In this document: positions 53,079-64,000 of the stretch, one piece after another
Layout of the letters: each line of letters begins with the position of its first letter
Position numbering within the stretch: the first letter of the stretch is position 1
Assembly: GCA_040954595.2 (NCBI GenBank)
Contig: CM082588.2
Coordinates: forward strand, 12,289,398 to 12,353,397
Origin: Balanoglossus misakiensis
Taxonomy: Eukaryota; Animalia; Hemichordata
Direction: 5' to 3'
Length of the DNA: 64,000 bases
Position numbers and translations under genes: made by a program
Notes under the pieces: model-generated
What the model saw: the letters and a program-made list of their open reading frames with translations, nothing else
Told to the model about the DNA's origin: nothing
The model's database searches: none

Positions 53079-53399
53079 TTGAGTATTATATTATACCAGT
53101 ATATTGATGGTGTAAATCACACTATTTGATTGGTCGAGACAGGACACGTGACCGTGATATATTAGCCATATACCACAGTCATATATCATAGTCAAAGAAA
53201 ATGCCTTTTTAAAATGTTTTATGCAAAGTTTCAATATACTGGCATAATATAATAGCAATAAAACACCCCCAGCCATGGTATACCACTCGATTTTGACCAG
53301 TTCAACTCCACATACGCACTCGCTATCGCTTGTGCGTATATGTTGTGAACTGGTCAAAATCTCGTGGTATAACATGGCTGGGGATGTTTTATTGCTTAA
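53079..53399 (-). mobile_element. Fourth copy of the double-inverted-repeat element
   Basis: Near-identical to 19326-19618 and reverse complement of 50498-50811. Confidence 0.7.
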
Positions 53400-53849
53400 T
53401 TTTAGCATCGCTGTATTGAGCTCTCGTCCAATCAGAATTGTGGACGGTAGCATGATATAATATAATACAGAATTATTTACAGTCATGATTTGTATGTGTT
53501 ATTACAGGCTAATACCAGTACTTCACTACCGATGGATCTGGACATACCAGTGCCCTCTACAGCTCAAGTGCATCAAGTTGACTCACCAGCAGCAAGTTGA
53601 TCCACAACAACAAAAACAACAACAACAACTGAAAAGTGTTGTTTGGCATGGAGCCTTGGAATGGCAAGAGGTGTGTACAGCTCACATACAAATAACTAAT
53701 TAAAACAATTGACTGTAGGTCAATGGGGTTATTGTGTTTGGATCATGTTGGATAGTGAGCATTTTTCGATAAACGATTTGATTTTTAGGGTGCTTCCAGA
53801 TGTATCTTTGGAGGGTACACATTACATAAATTATGAGCTTGGCTGAACA

Positions 53850-54121
53850 ATGTGTGGTAGTACCCATCAAGGAAGTACACAGATTGGTCTTTCATCCAGA
53901 GGCACACAGTGTACATGCAATGCAATAATTTCCCTTTGTATGTCTTAACAAAGCAACCTTATACGACAGGAGCAGATTTAGATAAAAAATTTCATCTGGG
54001 TGATAAACTATATAAGTCCACTGTTACTTGGGATTTGAAACTCAATGATAATTTTGTTAGTGACATTCTCATGTTGGATGACCTACAACACTTTGTATTC
54101 ATTAATTCATTGCATAAGTAG
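53850..54121 (+). pseudogene. Frameshifted peptidase C76 (herpes-tegument-type deubiquitinase) domain remnant, probably from a Helitron/Helentron
   Basis: CGSTHQGSTQIGLSSRGTQCTCNAIISL, then after a frameshift TGADLDKKFHLGDKLY...ILMLDDL; fits the GSxHQG...GxQCxxN...DLDxIxxxGDxLY pattern recalled for this family. Confidence 0.62.
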
Positions 54122-54590
54122 AGGTGAAATATTTAAATAATAACACATGTTAGCGAGGGCAATATCATGATCTTTGGCCTGCACAAGGGATGGTGATTGG
54201 AGTCAATTTTTTCCCCACAGCAATCACTTGGTGCCATGTTTCAAAACTCACGCACTGTGGAGTTCCAGTTTATGAATAACAGCCAGGAAGCATACATATC
54301 TCTCTTCAGAATAATGTCTGGAGGATTTGTAAGTATTATCTTATAATTGCACTGTAAAATTAAAGGATCATGTCAATTGTACTGCCATGCACCTGCAACT
54401 GACACTTTACATATTAAAGGCCATTTTCTCAATCCCAGGGCAGAACAATGAAGACAAATAAGAAATCCTTTGTGTTCCGAACACAGTAAAAGGACAAAGG
54501 CACTTCACACGCAATAACAATGCCTTGACCTTACAAGTCATTTCACATTTAAATGCTCGACTTTGCATCACAAAGAATGAGTCAACGTAC

Positions 54591-54850
54591 CTGTAGGTTT
54601 CAAATAAATCTGTTTGAAAGACCAACCACACCGTCTCTGGGCAATTCCCTAACAAGAAACGCTGCACTTCGTCCACAGAAGTGTTAGCCGTCAGTGGACT
54701 GAAACTTGACAGTCTCACATTGTTGTATAAAGGAAAGTGATTACGTGACTGAAACTTTTATCACGTGACCCTATTTGGCGGGAAATGATCCTCCCTTGGG
54801 ACAGCATATCACATGACTATCACATGGTTTATTTTGTAAACCGGGTTACA
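54591..54850 (-). repeat. Truncated 3' LTR (U3 end only); polypurine tract ggaggggaatg at 54851-54861
   Basis: Matches 62124-62412 apart from one short replaced segment; no match left of 54591. Confidence 0.85.
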
Positions 54851-54998
54851 CATTCCCCTCCAAAGCTTACACACTCTGGGTGTAAGTATCAATTGGGCAG
54901 TGGTACATTCAAACAAATGTTAAATATAACTGCAGAACACTTTCAAACTACTTAACAAGAATACTTTCAAAGGGACTTTTTGCACAATTCCCCATCCC

Positions 54999-57900
54999 TC
55001 ACCATGGGCGCCACAAATTCATGTTATTGTATGACATTGGTGCCTGTTTGGTTTCAAAACTTACAAGGGCATTATTGGCTAGCACACCCCCTCGGTCATA
55101 GGTCAATCGTTCAGCAGGTTTTCCGGCAGTTCGTCGCTTGGATCTTCTGACTGGAACAGGGGCTACGGGTGCTGTGTTACTCTCATCAACCAGGGCATCT
55201 TCTGGGGCAGTGACTGGATCTGGCAGCTCAGGTTCAAGCACACTTGGGACATCAGTTTCACATTTGTGTACAGATTCATGTACTTCTGCTACATCAGTGT
55301 CCTCTTTGAACAACTGAGAAATACATCCATCATCAGGTTCTGAATCTGATTCTAACTGTGTTGTCGCAATGGCTCTCTCCTTGGCATATCTCCTGGTCAC
55401 TGGTCTTCATAGTTCTGGTTCGGCTTCTACTGGCTCAGGTGCAGACAAATACCCAACAGGAAGCAGCATATTCCTGTGCAATGTCCGTTGGCTACCTTCC
55501 CCAGTTTCAGGCTTCACCACGTACACTGGCAGTTTCTCATCGTTTTTCTTCATCACAATATAGACATCAGGCTTCCATCGGTCAGCCAACTTGTGTTTGC
55601 CTATCAATCCAACATTGCGTACAAGAACTCTATCACCCACAAGGAGATCACTACTGCCACGGACTTTACTGTCATATCTCCGCTTGTTGGCAGCAGCGGA
55701 CTTCTGGGCTTCACTTTCTGCCATCTTGTAGGCTCCTTTCAATCTCTGCTTCAAGTCCTCAACATACTGAAGGTAATCTTGGTGAGAATGCTCGTCTGGA
55801 CTCACGCCAAAACACAGGTCAATGGGAAGTCTGGCTTCTCTCCCAAACATCAGGTAATATGGTGAGAACTGCGTGGATTCATTCTTTGTGCAATTGTAAG
55901 CATGCACGAGGAAACTGATATGTTTGCTCCAATGCTGCTTCTCCTTAGCATCCAAAGTGCCAAGTAGGTTAAGGAGAACTCTGTTAAACCTCTCTGGCTG
56001 TGGGTTACCTTGAGGATGGTAGGGTGTTGTCCTAGACTTGCGTATGCCTGCCACTTTCAAGAGTTCTTTGATGAGTCGGCTTTCAAAACATCGACCTTGG
56101 TCACTATGGATACGGGCTGGTAGACCATAGTGAACGAAAAACTTCTCCCATAGTACCTTGGCAACTGTCTTCGATTCTTGGTCTTTTGTCGTGTAGGCTT
56201 GGGCGTATCTGGTGTAGTGATCGGTAACTACTCGCACATTCTGGACATTGTGTCTATCAGCCTCAATAGTGAGGAAATCAATGCATACTAGTTCCATAGG
56301 CGCACTGGAGAAAATGTTGACCAGTGGTGCAGTTCGCTGGGGTAACTGTTTTCGACGTACGCACTGGCTGCAAGTCTGGCATTTCTTCTCAACATCGGTT
56401 CTCATTCTAGGCCAGTAAAATCTTGCTCTCATCAATTCAAATGTCTTGTCAATACCCATGTGACCCATGTCATCATGCAGTGCGCTCAACGCCTGGTCAC
56501 AGTATTCGGTTGGTAATACCAGCTGGAAAGTCTCTAAACCTTGGCTGTCTCTTGTCTTGCGGTACAAAACTCTATCCATCAGGAAAAGTTTGCGTCGCTG
56601 TCTCAACAGAATTCGTACTTCATTTGGGAGTGATTTGAAGTCAGTCACTTTCTTCCCCGATTCCAAGTAGTCAATAACTCCTGCCAGGGTCTTATCCTCC
56701 CTCTGTAGCATGAACCAATCCTTGGACTTTGCCATGGTGGACAAATCAGTTCCTGGTGGGTATTCTTGGTAATATTCTTTCAGCTCATATGGCTCTGGGA
56801 TGGCGGCAGCTGAGGTAGCAATGGTCTCGATCAACACTGGGAATCTTGCTGGTCTCTGGCTGTCTTTGTTTGTAGTTCCTGATGAGGCAGTGCAGCCACA
56901 CGAAAGTGCACTATGCTTACAAATGACATGTTGGGGGTATTCAATCACACCATGACTCATAGCGATGGCTCTGATCACGTCCCTAGTCATAACTTCATCA
57001 GGCTTCTGCACATCTCCATGTATCCAATCTTTCAGCTCTTGTGTCCTCTGTTCAATACGTCGTGACTCCTGGTCATCTGGGGCCTCCGCATGTGGACGTC
57101 GGGACAGTGCATCCGCATCAATGTTGGCTCGGCCACTACGATACTGCAGGGTGAAATCATACGCTGCAAGGGCTGCCAGCCAACGATGTCCAGCTGCATC
57201 CAGTTTGGCGGTCGTCAGGACATACGTCAACGGGTTTTTATCGGTGACAACTTTGAATTTTGCGCCATATAGGTAGTAGTGAAACTTGTCTGTCACACAC
57301 CACTTCAGAGCTAGGTATTCTAACTTGTGTACAGGATATCTCTTCTCACTCTTCGTAAGACCTCTACTGGCGTAGGCCACTGGCTTCAGCAGGTCTCCAT
57401 GTTGCTGATACAACACGCCACCAAGTCCATCCAGACTAGCATCTGTATGTAATACAAAGGGTAGGGACAAATCGGCAAAGGCCAATACTGGTGCGTGAGT
57501 CAACAGGTCAATGATCCGATCCATGGCTTGTTGGCATTCCGGCGTCCATTTGCTCCCAAACGGCTCTGTAGCACTTCGGTATGGTATGCCATTGTCGTCC
57601 CTGTACTTTCCAAATTTCTTCCTCAACTTTGGGGGTACATATCCTGCAGTCAGATCATTCAAGGGTCTAACTATTTGTGCATAGTTCTCCACAAAGCGTC
57701 GGTAGTAACCGGTGAATCCCAAGAAAGTTTTCAATTCTTTGATATTCTTTGGGGTGGGCCATGTCTTCAGGGCTTCTATTTTTGTAGGGTCTGGACTCAC
57801 TCCATTCTCGTCTACCTTGTGGCCAATATAGGTGACTGTCTTCTGGAAAAGTTGGCATTTCTCAGGGGATAATTTCAACCCATACTCGCTTAATCTGTCC

Positions 57901-59594
57901 AGCACTTTCATAAGCCGGTCCCCAGCTTCATTCAAGTCACGGCCAAATATGATCAGGTCATCAAAATAAATCAACAGCTCGATCAGGTGCATGTCACTCA
58001 TACACTTTTCCATCAATCTCTGGAACGTGGCGGGTGCACCAGTAATCCCCTGGGGCATCCGTTCAAATTGATAGAAACCCAGTGGACATATGAAAGCAGT
58101 TTTGTCCTTGTCTTCCTCAGCCATGGGGATCTGGTAGTAACCGGATTTCAGATCCAACACATGGAACCACGAGCATCCATTTAGGCAGTCTAACGCCTCC
58201 TGGATCTTGGGCACAGTGTACTGATCGGGTATGGTTCGGGCATTCAAGGTCCGGTAGTCCACACACATCCGTATGGAACCATTCTTCTTCCGCACTAGTA
58301 CTATGGGGGACGCATATGGGCTTTTTGACTCACTGATAATTCCAGCCTCCAACAGTTCCTGTATGTGGCGCTTGGCATCATAGAAATCAGAAGGGGTTAT
58401 ACGTCTGGACCTCTCTCGGAATGGGGTTGCATCGCTCAGTGGAATGTGGTGTTCAACTGCAGGCGTACAACCAACGTCCCAATCATGCTGAGAGAACACG
58501 TGCATTCGTTTCTTCAGTTTCTCGTTTATCCTGACCTTGTCTTCGTACGTAAGCGGTGAGTCACCAAAGTCCACAACAAATTCACTATCCCCACTACCGT
58601 CTGTAGCCACTTCAGCATCTCTGGCTTGTACTGGGCAACTTCGGCACTGGCTATTCCCCTCCAAACTGTCATCTTCCTCTTGCTTTGGTTTGAGTTCATC
58701 CGGTTGCATGGGTCTCACCCATTCAGGCAAGTACAAGTCAGCCACTACTCGCTTCGGTCTCAGGGTTATATGATGTCCTGTCTCATTGTGCACAATCACT
58801 TTCACTCTTCTGCGACCTCTGGGGTTAAACGTGGTGACACTGCTCTTGACTATCAGTCCTCCTGGTAACTGGTTTTCCAGTGGAGGTTCAACCAAAACTG
58901 TCGTTTCGGGTAGTCCTGGCCTTCCCCATCCTATACATCTAATAGACATTGTCTGTCCACTGGGAATAGTGATGGGCTTCCCGCCAGCCACTCGCACCGA
59001 GGTGATCCGGCCGTCCACACCACACTTCTCAACAGCCTCTATTCTCCGGTAAGCTTCAGCAAAATGGCTGTTTATTGTCAATTTCTTCACATAATTTCTT
59101 CCGGTTTCTGAATACACTGGTATTGGTTCCACAAATTACTGGAAGCTTTTTGCTTTGTTCACGGTCGGGTTAATCAGTGCTAATGCCTCACAAGTCTCCT
59201 CCACTCCAGCCACTTCTCTTGGGAAACACACAGACACTTGAATGTATCCATAGTATGGAACCACTTGATCACCAGCACCTCGTACTACCAAATCATCGAT
59301 TGAGTTGAGTTTGCAATGTGACAAATGTTCCTTGTAGAAAGAATGGGTAATGAGTGTGACCTGCGAGCCACTATCCAGCAGGCAGTTGCATCTGACACCT
59401 CCAACGAAAACTTCAGCAGTCATACTTTCTCCCACAAGCCCATCTGGTAATGGTTTGTCTGCTGCTGATGGGTTCGTCTCTAAAACATGTCCCTCCTTCT
59501 CTTTCTTTTCTTCTATCGTATTCCTATCAGATTTCCTTTGGGGGCTATTCTCAGTATGGACACCCTCTACTGGGGGTGTCCCTGGTAGTTTCCC
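54999..59594 (-). pseudogene. pol: Gypsy pol (protease, RT, RNase H, integrase) with lesions near 59100-59150 and a TGA at 55407-55409
   Basis: LLDSGSQVT, SPYASPIVLVRKKNGSIRMCVDYR, YFDD, TDASLDGLGGVL, HDDMGH...CSQC, CIDF/HSDQG/PERFNR. Confidence 0.95.
59558..59594 (-). promoter_or_regulatory. -1 ribosomal frameshift signal at the gag-pol junction
   Basis: Slippery G GGA AAC (59594-59588) followed 6 nt later by stem GGACACCC/GGGTGTCC; the -1 frame is open into the protease. Confidence 0.8.
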
Positions 59595-61357
59595 TTCAAC
59601 TCAAAAAACAGTTTGGCAAACTTCTGCTTGACAAATTGTAAGTTAGGGCTGCTTTTATTCGGACATCGCTTCTCTGGGTGTCCATCTTGACCGCAAGTGA
59701 AACAAAAAGAGGCGCCCTGGAGTGTAGCTTTTATAGATGATGGCGAGTTGGTTGTTTCCATGGCAACAGGGGTAGTTTCAGGTGTCGGCTGAGTGGGCTG
59801 GCTCACTACAACACTCTGTTGTGGTCTACGGTTTCTATCTCTCCTCCTTGGTTCCCTATTTGACACTGGGGCAGTGGCGACTGGTGGAGTACTGGGTTGG
59901 CTGGCTGCTGCGGGGACGGCCACATGCTGCATTAGCTTATCCATCTTCTGTAATAGCTGCTGTATCAGTGGACTTTCTGTAGCGGGTGTCGTACCAGTGG
60001 TCATACTGGCATTGGCCTCAAAACCTTGAAGCATATTCATCTGGCTATCAACGGTGTTTCTCACTGTTTTCTGTGCCCGTTTCTGTGCTTTTCTTGCTTG
60101 TCGTGCCTCCTCCTGTCTAACCTCTTGAATCAGTTCAACAAAGCTTGGAGGGTTGGTCAGTCGATCTCTGAGCTGCAATGATGACAAGTGGTCTTCATTG
60201 TAAAGTACTCCCTTCAGAAACTGGTCAAGGCAATAATAATCGGCCTTCTCTGTATCTATGCTCCCCTTCAGTACTGCTCGACGAAGCAACTTCTGCAGTC
60301 TTCGTAAGTACTCTGAATGGGACCACGTTTCTTCCTGTGTGAATTTTCGGAATGAATGCAGTGCTTCATCTGGTGTTTCCGTGGAGCCAAACACACTTTC
60401 CAATGCACGGAGGTAATCTTTGGCAGTGCTCTCTCCCTGTGGCAATGCACGGATTGTGCTGAGAGCATCCCCGGACAAACTCTCCGCAATTCGTTTCTTT
60501 TTCTCACTTTCTGTACAGTCCCACTCTGCAATCATCTGGTCAGCTTGCTCTGCCCAACTTTCATAGTCGTCCTCATTGGATTGCACAGGCTGTTTCCCTG
60601 AGAATGACTTCAGCTTACGGTATCTAGTGTTCTCTGTGGGTTTTGTCTGCAGGTTGGCCAGCAAACGTTCCATCATTTGTACGTATGCAGTGTCACCTTC
60701 ACCTTGGGATGGAGTATTAGGTGGCGTGGCGCTCTCAAACACTGGTGGAGTTCCCATGTTTGGCGGTATAGTCGGCGCAACATACGGTGACTGTGGACTT
60801 CTCAGGTGTGTGCTCTTACCCTTGCTGTGAGATCCAACAGTTGGCGGTAACGACATGGTGTCTCCTTTGGTGGCGCGTTAGTCCTCAATCTCTTTTGCCA
60901 ACACATCCCTCATTCTGCTTCCCCTTCCACTGTGTCTTCGGTCGGTTGTCAAAGATCTGCCCCTCATACCAAGGCAAGTGGCTCCCAGGGAAATATCTTC
61001 ATCCACCTGTTGAGGGCGCTGCTTCCGCTTGACCTTGACCGAAAGGGTTGACTTTGCTTTGGGTAACAAGGCAGGCAAAATGATAGTATAACTAGACCCA
61101 GCGTTAAATTCAAACATATGAAATGCTGTATCAATCTTCCCATAACCAATGGGGCACCCCAGCATCATGACTGTGGGCTCTTGCAAAATATCAACAATAT
61201 GAATTTCAGTGATACAATTTTTGAAATCCTTTTCTACAATGTCAACCAATTCAGATAATGCATATTTCCCTTTGTTGGAAAATCGGATAATCACCGCATT
61301 CTCCAAATCAATTCTGTTTTCCCGACACCAAGCGTGAAAATCCTCCCTACTTTCCAT
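59567..61357 (-). CDS. gag: PNMA-type Gag with zinc knuckle; in-frame TAA at 60878-60880 separates the N-terminal 159 aa
   Basis: AWCRENRIDLENAVII (PNMA-like N-terminus), YRKLKSFSG...EDDYESW, CFTCGQDGHPEKRC; ORFs 61357 and 60856 share a frame. Confidence 0.9.
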
Positions 61358-61568
61358 GCTTGTAAAGTCTTAGGGATGGATGAAAAACAATTACCCAGAA
61401 TGCAATACAATGCTAATAATAATGAGGTTGGTCTTTCACTTTTAAACTTTTACCAAAGTCAAAATATTTATCTACATACAGGTACAATAGCAATACACTG
61501 CATAAATTTGCGCGATATCCAATCCACAAAGTATAGTATGTATGTATATTAACACACAACCACACCAC

Positions 61569-61586
61569 ATCCCGGACGAGCCCCCA
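61569..61586 (-). promoter_or_regulatory. Primer-binding site for tRNA-Pro
   Basis: TGGGGGCTCGTCCGGGAT, 4 nt inside the 5' LTR; this is the canonical tRNA-Pro PBS. Confidence 0.92.
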
Positions 61587-61590
61587 CTTT

Positions 61591-62412
61591 TGTAACCCAG
61601 AGTTTGATTTGGTTATTCACAACACAAGTCAACACTACGCGGACCGAGTTCATTCAAGGTCAACAACAAGAACAGATATCGCACAAATTGTTAGCAGTCA
61701 ACGGTATTGCTATTTTATTGTTATAATAACTAGAGAACTATCTAACTGAAATATTGGTCGCTTTACAATGATCGAAACACTGAATAAATGACTTGCATAG
61801 AAATCCACTAGTCCACAGTGTTATCACTGAATTACTAGTAAGTCCAGTGTTCATCAAAACAGAAACCCTACAGTCTATTCAACTTAGCTGTTCCGCTAAA
61901 CTGCGAATAAGCGATGATACGGAGCTGGCTGTGTCAACGTCGTAAATCGGTCCCTGGCAACCGGCGAGTCCTGGCCTGTGTTGTCATGATCTACGTTGCA
62001 GACGAGTATCCCTCCACACACGCAACGGGTATTTTCCTATACACACGCACGCATCTAGGGCTTCCCACTCGGGCTTGCAATAGTGTACAATCCACAGTTC
62101 CGAATTCAACACTCAGCACAGTTCTGTAGGTTTCAAATAAATCTGTTTGAAAGACATCTCATTTTGTAAACAAACATGAGAAGGCTAGGGCAAGTCCCTA
62201 GGGCAAGTCCCTAACAAGAAACGCTGCACTTCGTCCACAGAAGTGTTAGCCGTCAGTGGACTGAAACTTGACAGTCTCACATTGTTGTATAAAGGAAAGT
62301 CATTACGTGACTGAAACTTTTATCACGTGACCCTATTTGGCGGGAAATGATCATCCCTTGGGACAGCATATCACATGACTATCACATGGTTTATTTTGTA
62401 AACCGGGTTACA
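61591..62412 (-). repeat. 5' LTR (822 bp)
   Basis: tgtaaccc ... gggttaca terminal inverted repeats adjacent to the PBS. Confidence 0.9.
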
Positions 62413-62465
62413 TAAAGTTTGGTTGAACTCAAACGCCTCAAGTCCAGTTGACCATCTCACACTTC

Positions 62466-62538
62466 TGGCACTGGTGGGATTCAAACCAACTCCATCAAAA
62501 TGACTGCAGGTGCCTAAAACCGCTTGACTGTAGGACAT
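62466..62538 (-). pseudogene. Decayed tRNA-Leu-like sequence (SINE head or tRNA pseudogene)
   Basis: tggcactggtgggattcaaacc...gactgcaggtgcctaaaacc resembles the reverse complement of tRNA-Leu (B box, long variable arm, TAG anticodon); D arm damaged. Confidence 0.5.
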
Positions 62539-62745
62539 AAATGCCTGACAGTGATATAACTATGTTATAATGTTACATCGACAATATATATTAAGTTTGG
62601 GGATATTTTGTCTCAAATGATTATCCCCATCTTGTTATAAATCTGAGCCCAGGTGTCTTTGGTGTGAGATTCCAGTAGTCAGAGTAGGCTTATCTTGAAT
62701 AATGTAATGCTTGTAAATAATTTCTAATTTCTTCTTACCCTCCAG

Positions 62746-62868
62746 ATATGAATGAATGTCACAGTGGTGGAAATGCATGTCAACACTGTTGTCAGAATAC
62801 CCATGGTAGTTATCTCTGCGCTTGCAGACCAGGATTCTATCTGCTGGAAGATGGCCATGCATGTGGCG
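62746..62868 (+). CDS. Single calcium-binding EGF-domain exon of a host gene (fibulin/fibrillin/hemicentin-like)
   Basis: ccag|...|gtatgt phase 1-1 exon of 123 nt: (D)MNECHSGGNACQHCCQNTHGSYLCACRPGFYLLEDGHACG. Confidence 0.85.
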
Positions 62869-62886
62869 GTATGTAACTGTGGATTT

Positions 62887-63143
62887 TGGTCTCTTCTGTG
62901 GCTACATTGTTTGGGGATTGTATATTGCTATGGTTACAATCAGCTAAACATTGGTCTCTTCTGTGGCTACATTGTTTGGGGATTGTATATTGCTATGGTT
63001 ACAATCAGCTAAACATTGGTCTCTTCTGTGGCTACATTGTTTGGGGATTGTATATTGCTATGGTTACAATCAGCTAAACATTGGTCTCTTCTGTGGCTAC
63101 ACTGTTTGGGGATTGCATATTGCTATGGTTACAATCAGCTAAA
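62887..63143. repeat. 65-bp tandem repeat, 4 copies
   Basis: tggtctcttctgtggctacattgtttggggattgtatattgctatggttacaatcagctaaacat repeated. Confidence 0.95.
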
Positions 63144-64000
63144 CACACATCCTGTCTTTCCATTGCACACATTTTAAAATTTGAAATCAACCGCACACTC
63201 GTACTGAACACATGTTTGTTGAAATTGTATCTTAGAATTTTTCCAATTACAATTATGCATAATATAAACAAATTAACAAATGTGAAAACTTATCTTTGAA
63301 AATGTGTTTGCAAGGGTGAAAAAGTAATCTGTATTTCAAAAATCAGACAGAGTTTTGCTGACAGGGTACACAAGTTTCAGGGGATTTTGGAGAGAGTGTT
63401 AAAATTCCTAGGAAGAGATTGCCATGGATATTGAGGACTTTGGTGTAAACACAATTAATTGATCAAGAAATATGTGGTTAAGAATATGTGTCATCAACCT
63501 CACACGACACTATAAGACTGTCTGATATATTCATGTACAAGTATTTTCACTACTTATTTGCATAATTCAATGAAATTAACATAAATTATCAACCTATAGC
63601 TAAGTAAATTACCTCTGCAAAGAATAAATATGCACTTAGAAAATTCATATAGTTTTCATCTCATTTTAAAGACATTACAAAATGCTTCTCTGAGGGTACA
63701 GTAATTTTTAACGGGCATATTCTTGATAACTCATCACCATGAATGATCATTTCAAAACTTAACAAGGCATATGGCTAAAGAGGATTCAGTGTTTGTGCAC
63801 CTTCTATCCACAATGCTGGATCTATTGACAGTTTTCAAAGGGGTTTTTAAGACTCGTCCTTTTATTCAGCACTATTTCATTCCATTGCTTTTTTGGTTTA
63901 TAGGGATTGTCTTTCAGAACTGTTTCTGTTTGTTTGGGGTTTTTAAGTGTAATTTTTATCCTTTAAGCTTTCACTTGTTTTCTAATTTTATTATTTTCTG

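Larger units (their letters stand above)
54591..62412 (-). mobile_element. Gypsy (Metaviridae) LTR retrotransposon with PNMA-type gag; mutated, 3' LTR truncated
   Basis: LTR-PBS-gag-PR-RT-RH-IN-PPT-LTR order. Confidence 0.96.

Noticed and set aside
55358-61032. Plus-strand ORFs over the Gypsy element
   Set aside because: Antisense shadows of gag/pol with no independent motifs.

Overview
AT-rich, repeat-dense animal genomic DNA; spliceosomal introns and the repeat types suggest a marine invertebrate (inference). The main structure is a 20.66-kb cut-and-paste DNA transposon (1612-22274) bounded by ~1.5-1.6-kb terminal inverted repeats (TAC...GTA ends, 7-bp target-site duplication with one mismatch). 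It carries three spliced genes: an IS3EU-type DDE transposase (- strand), a USP/peptidase-C19 deubiquitinase rebuilt from 9 exons with an intact Cys-His-Asp triad, and a CbbX/SpoVK-family AAA+ ATPase whose tail has repeated TQT-like (LC8-binding) motifs. Each TIR has NRF1-type motifs at its inner end, positioned to drive inward transcription. The rest holds several satellite arrays (22-41 kb), a Kolobok-type element inserted in a satellite, Helentron-associated and palindromic non-autonomous elements, a decayed peptidase-C76-like deubiquitinase fragment, a mutated PNMA-type Gypsy LTR retrotransposon (54.6-62.4 kb) and one EGF exon of a host gene. All calls come from reading motifs by eye; no database searches were run.
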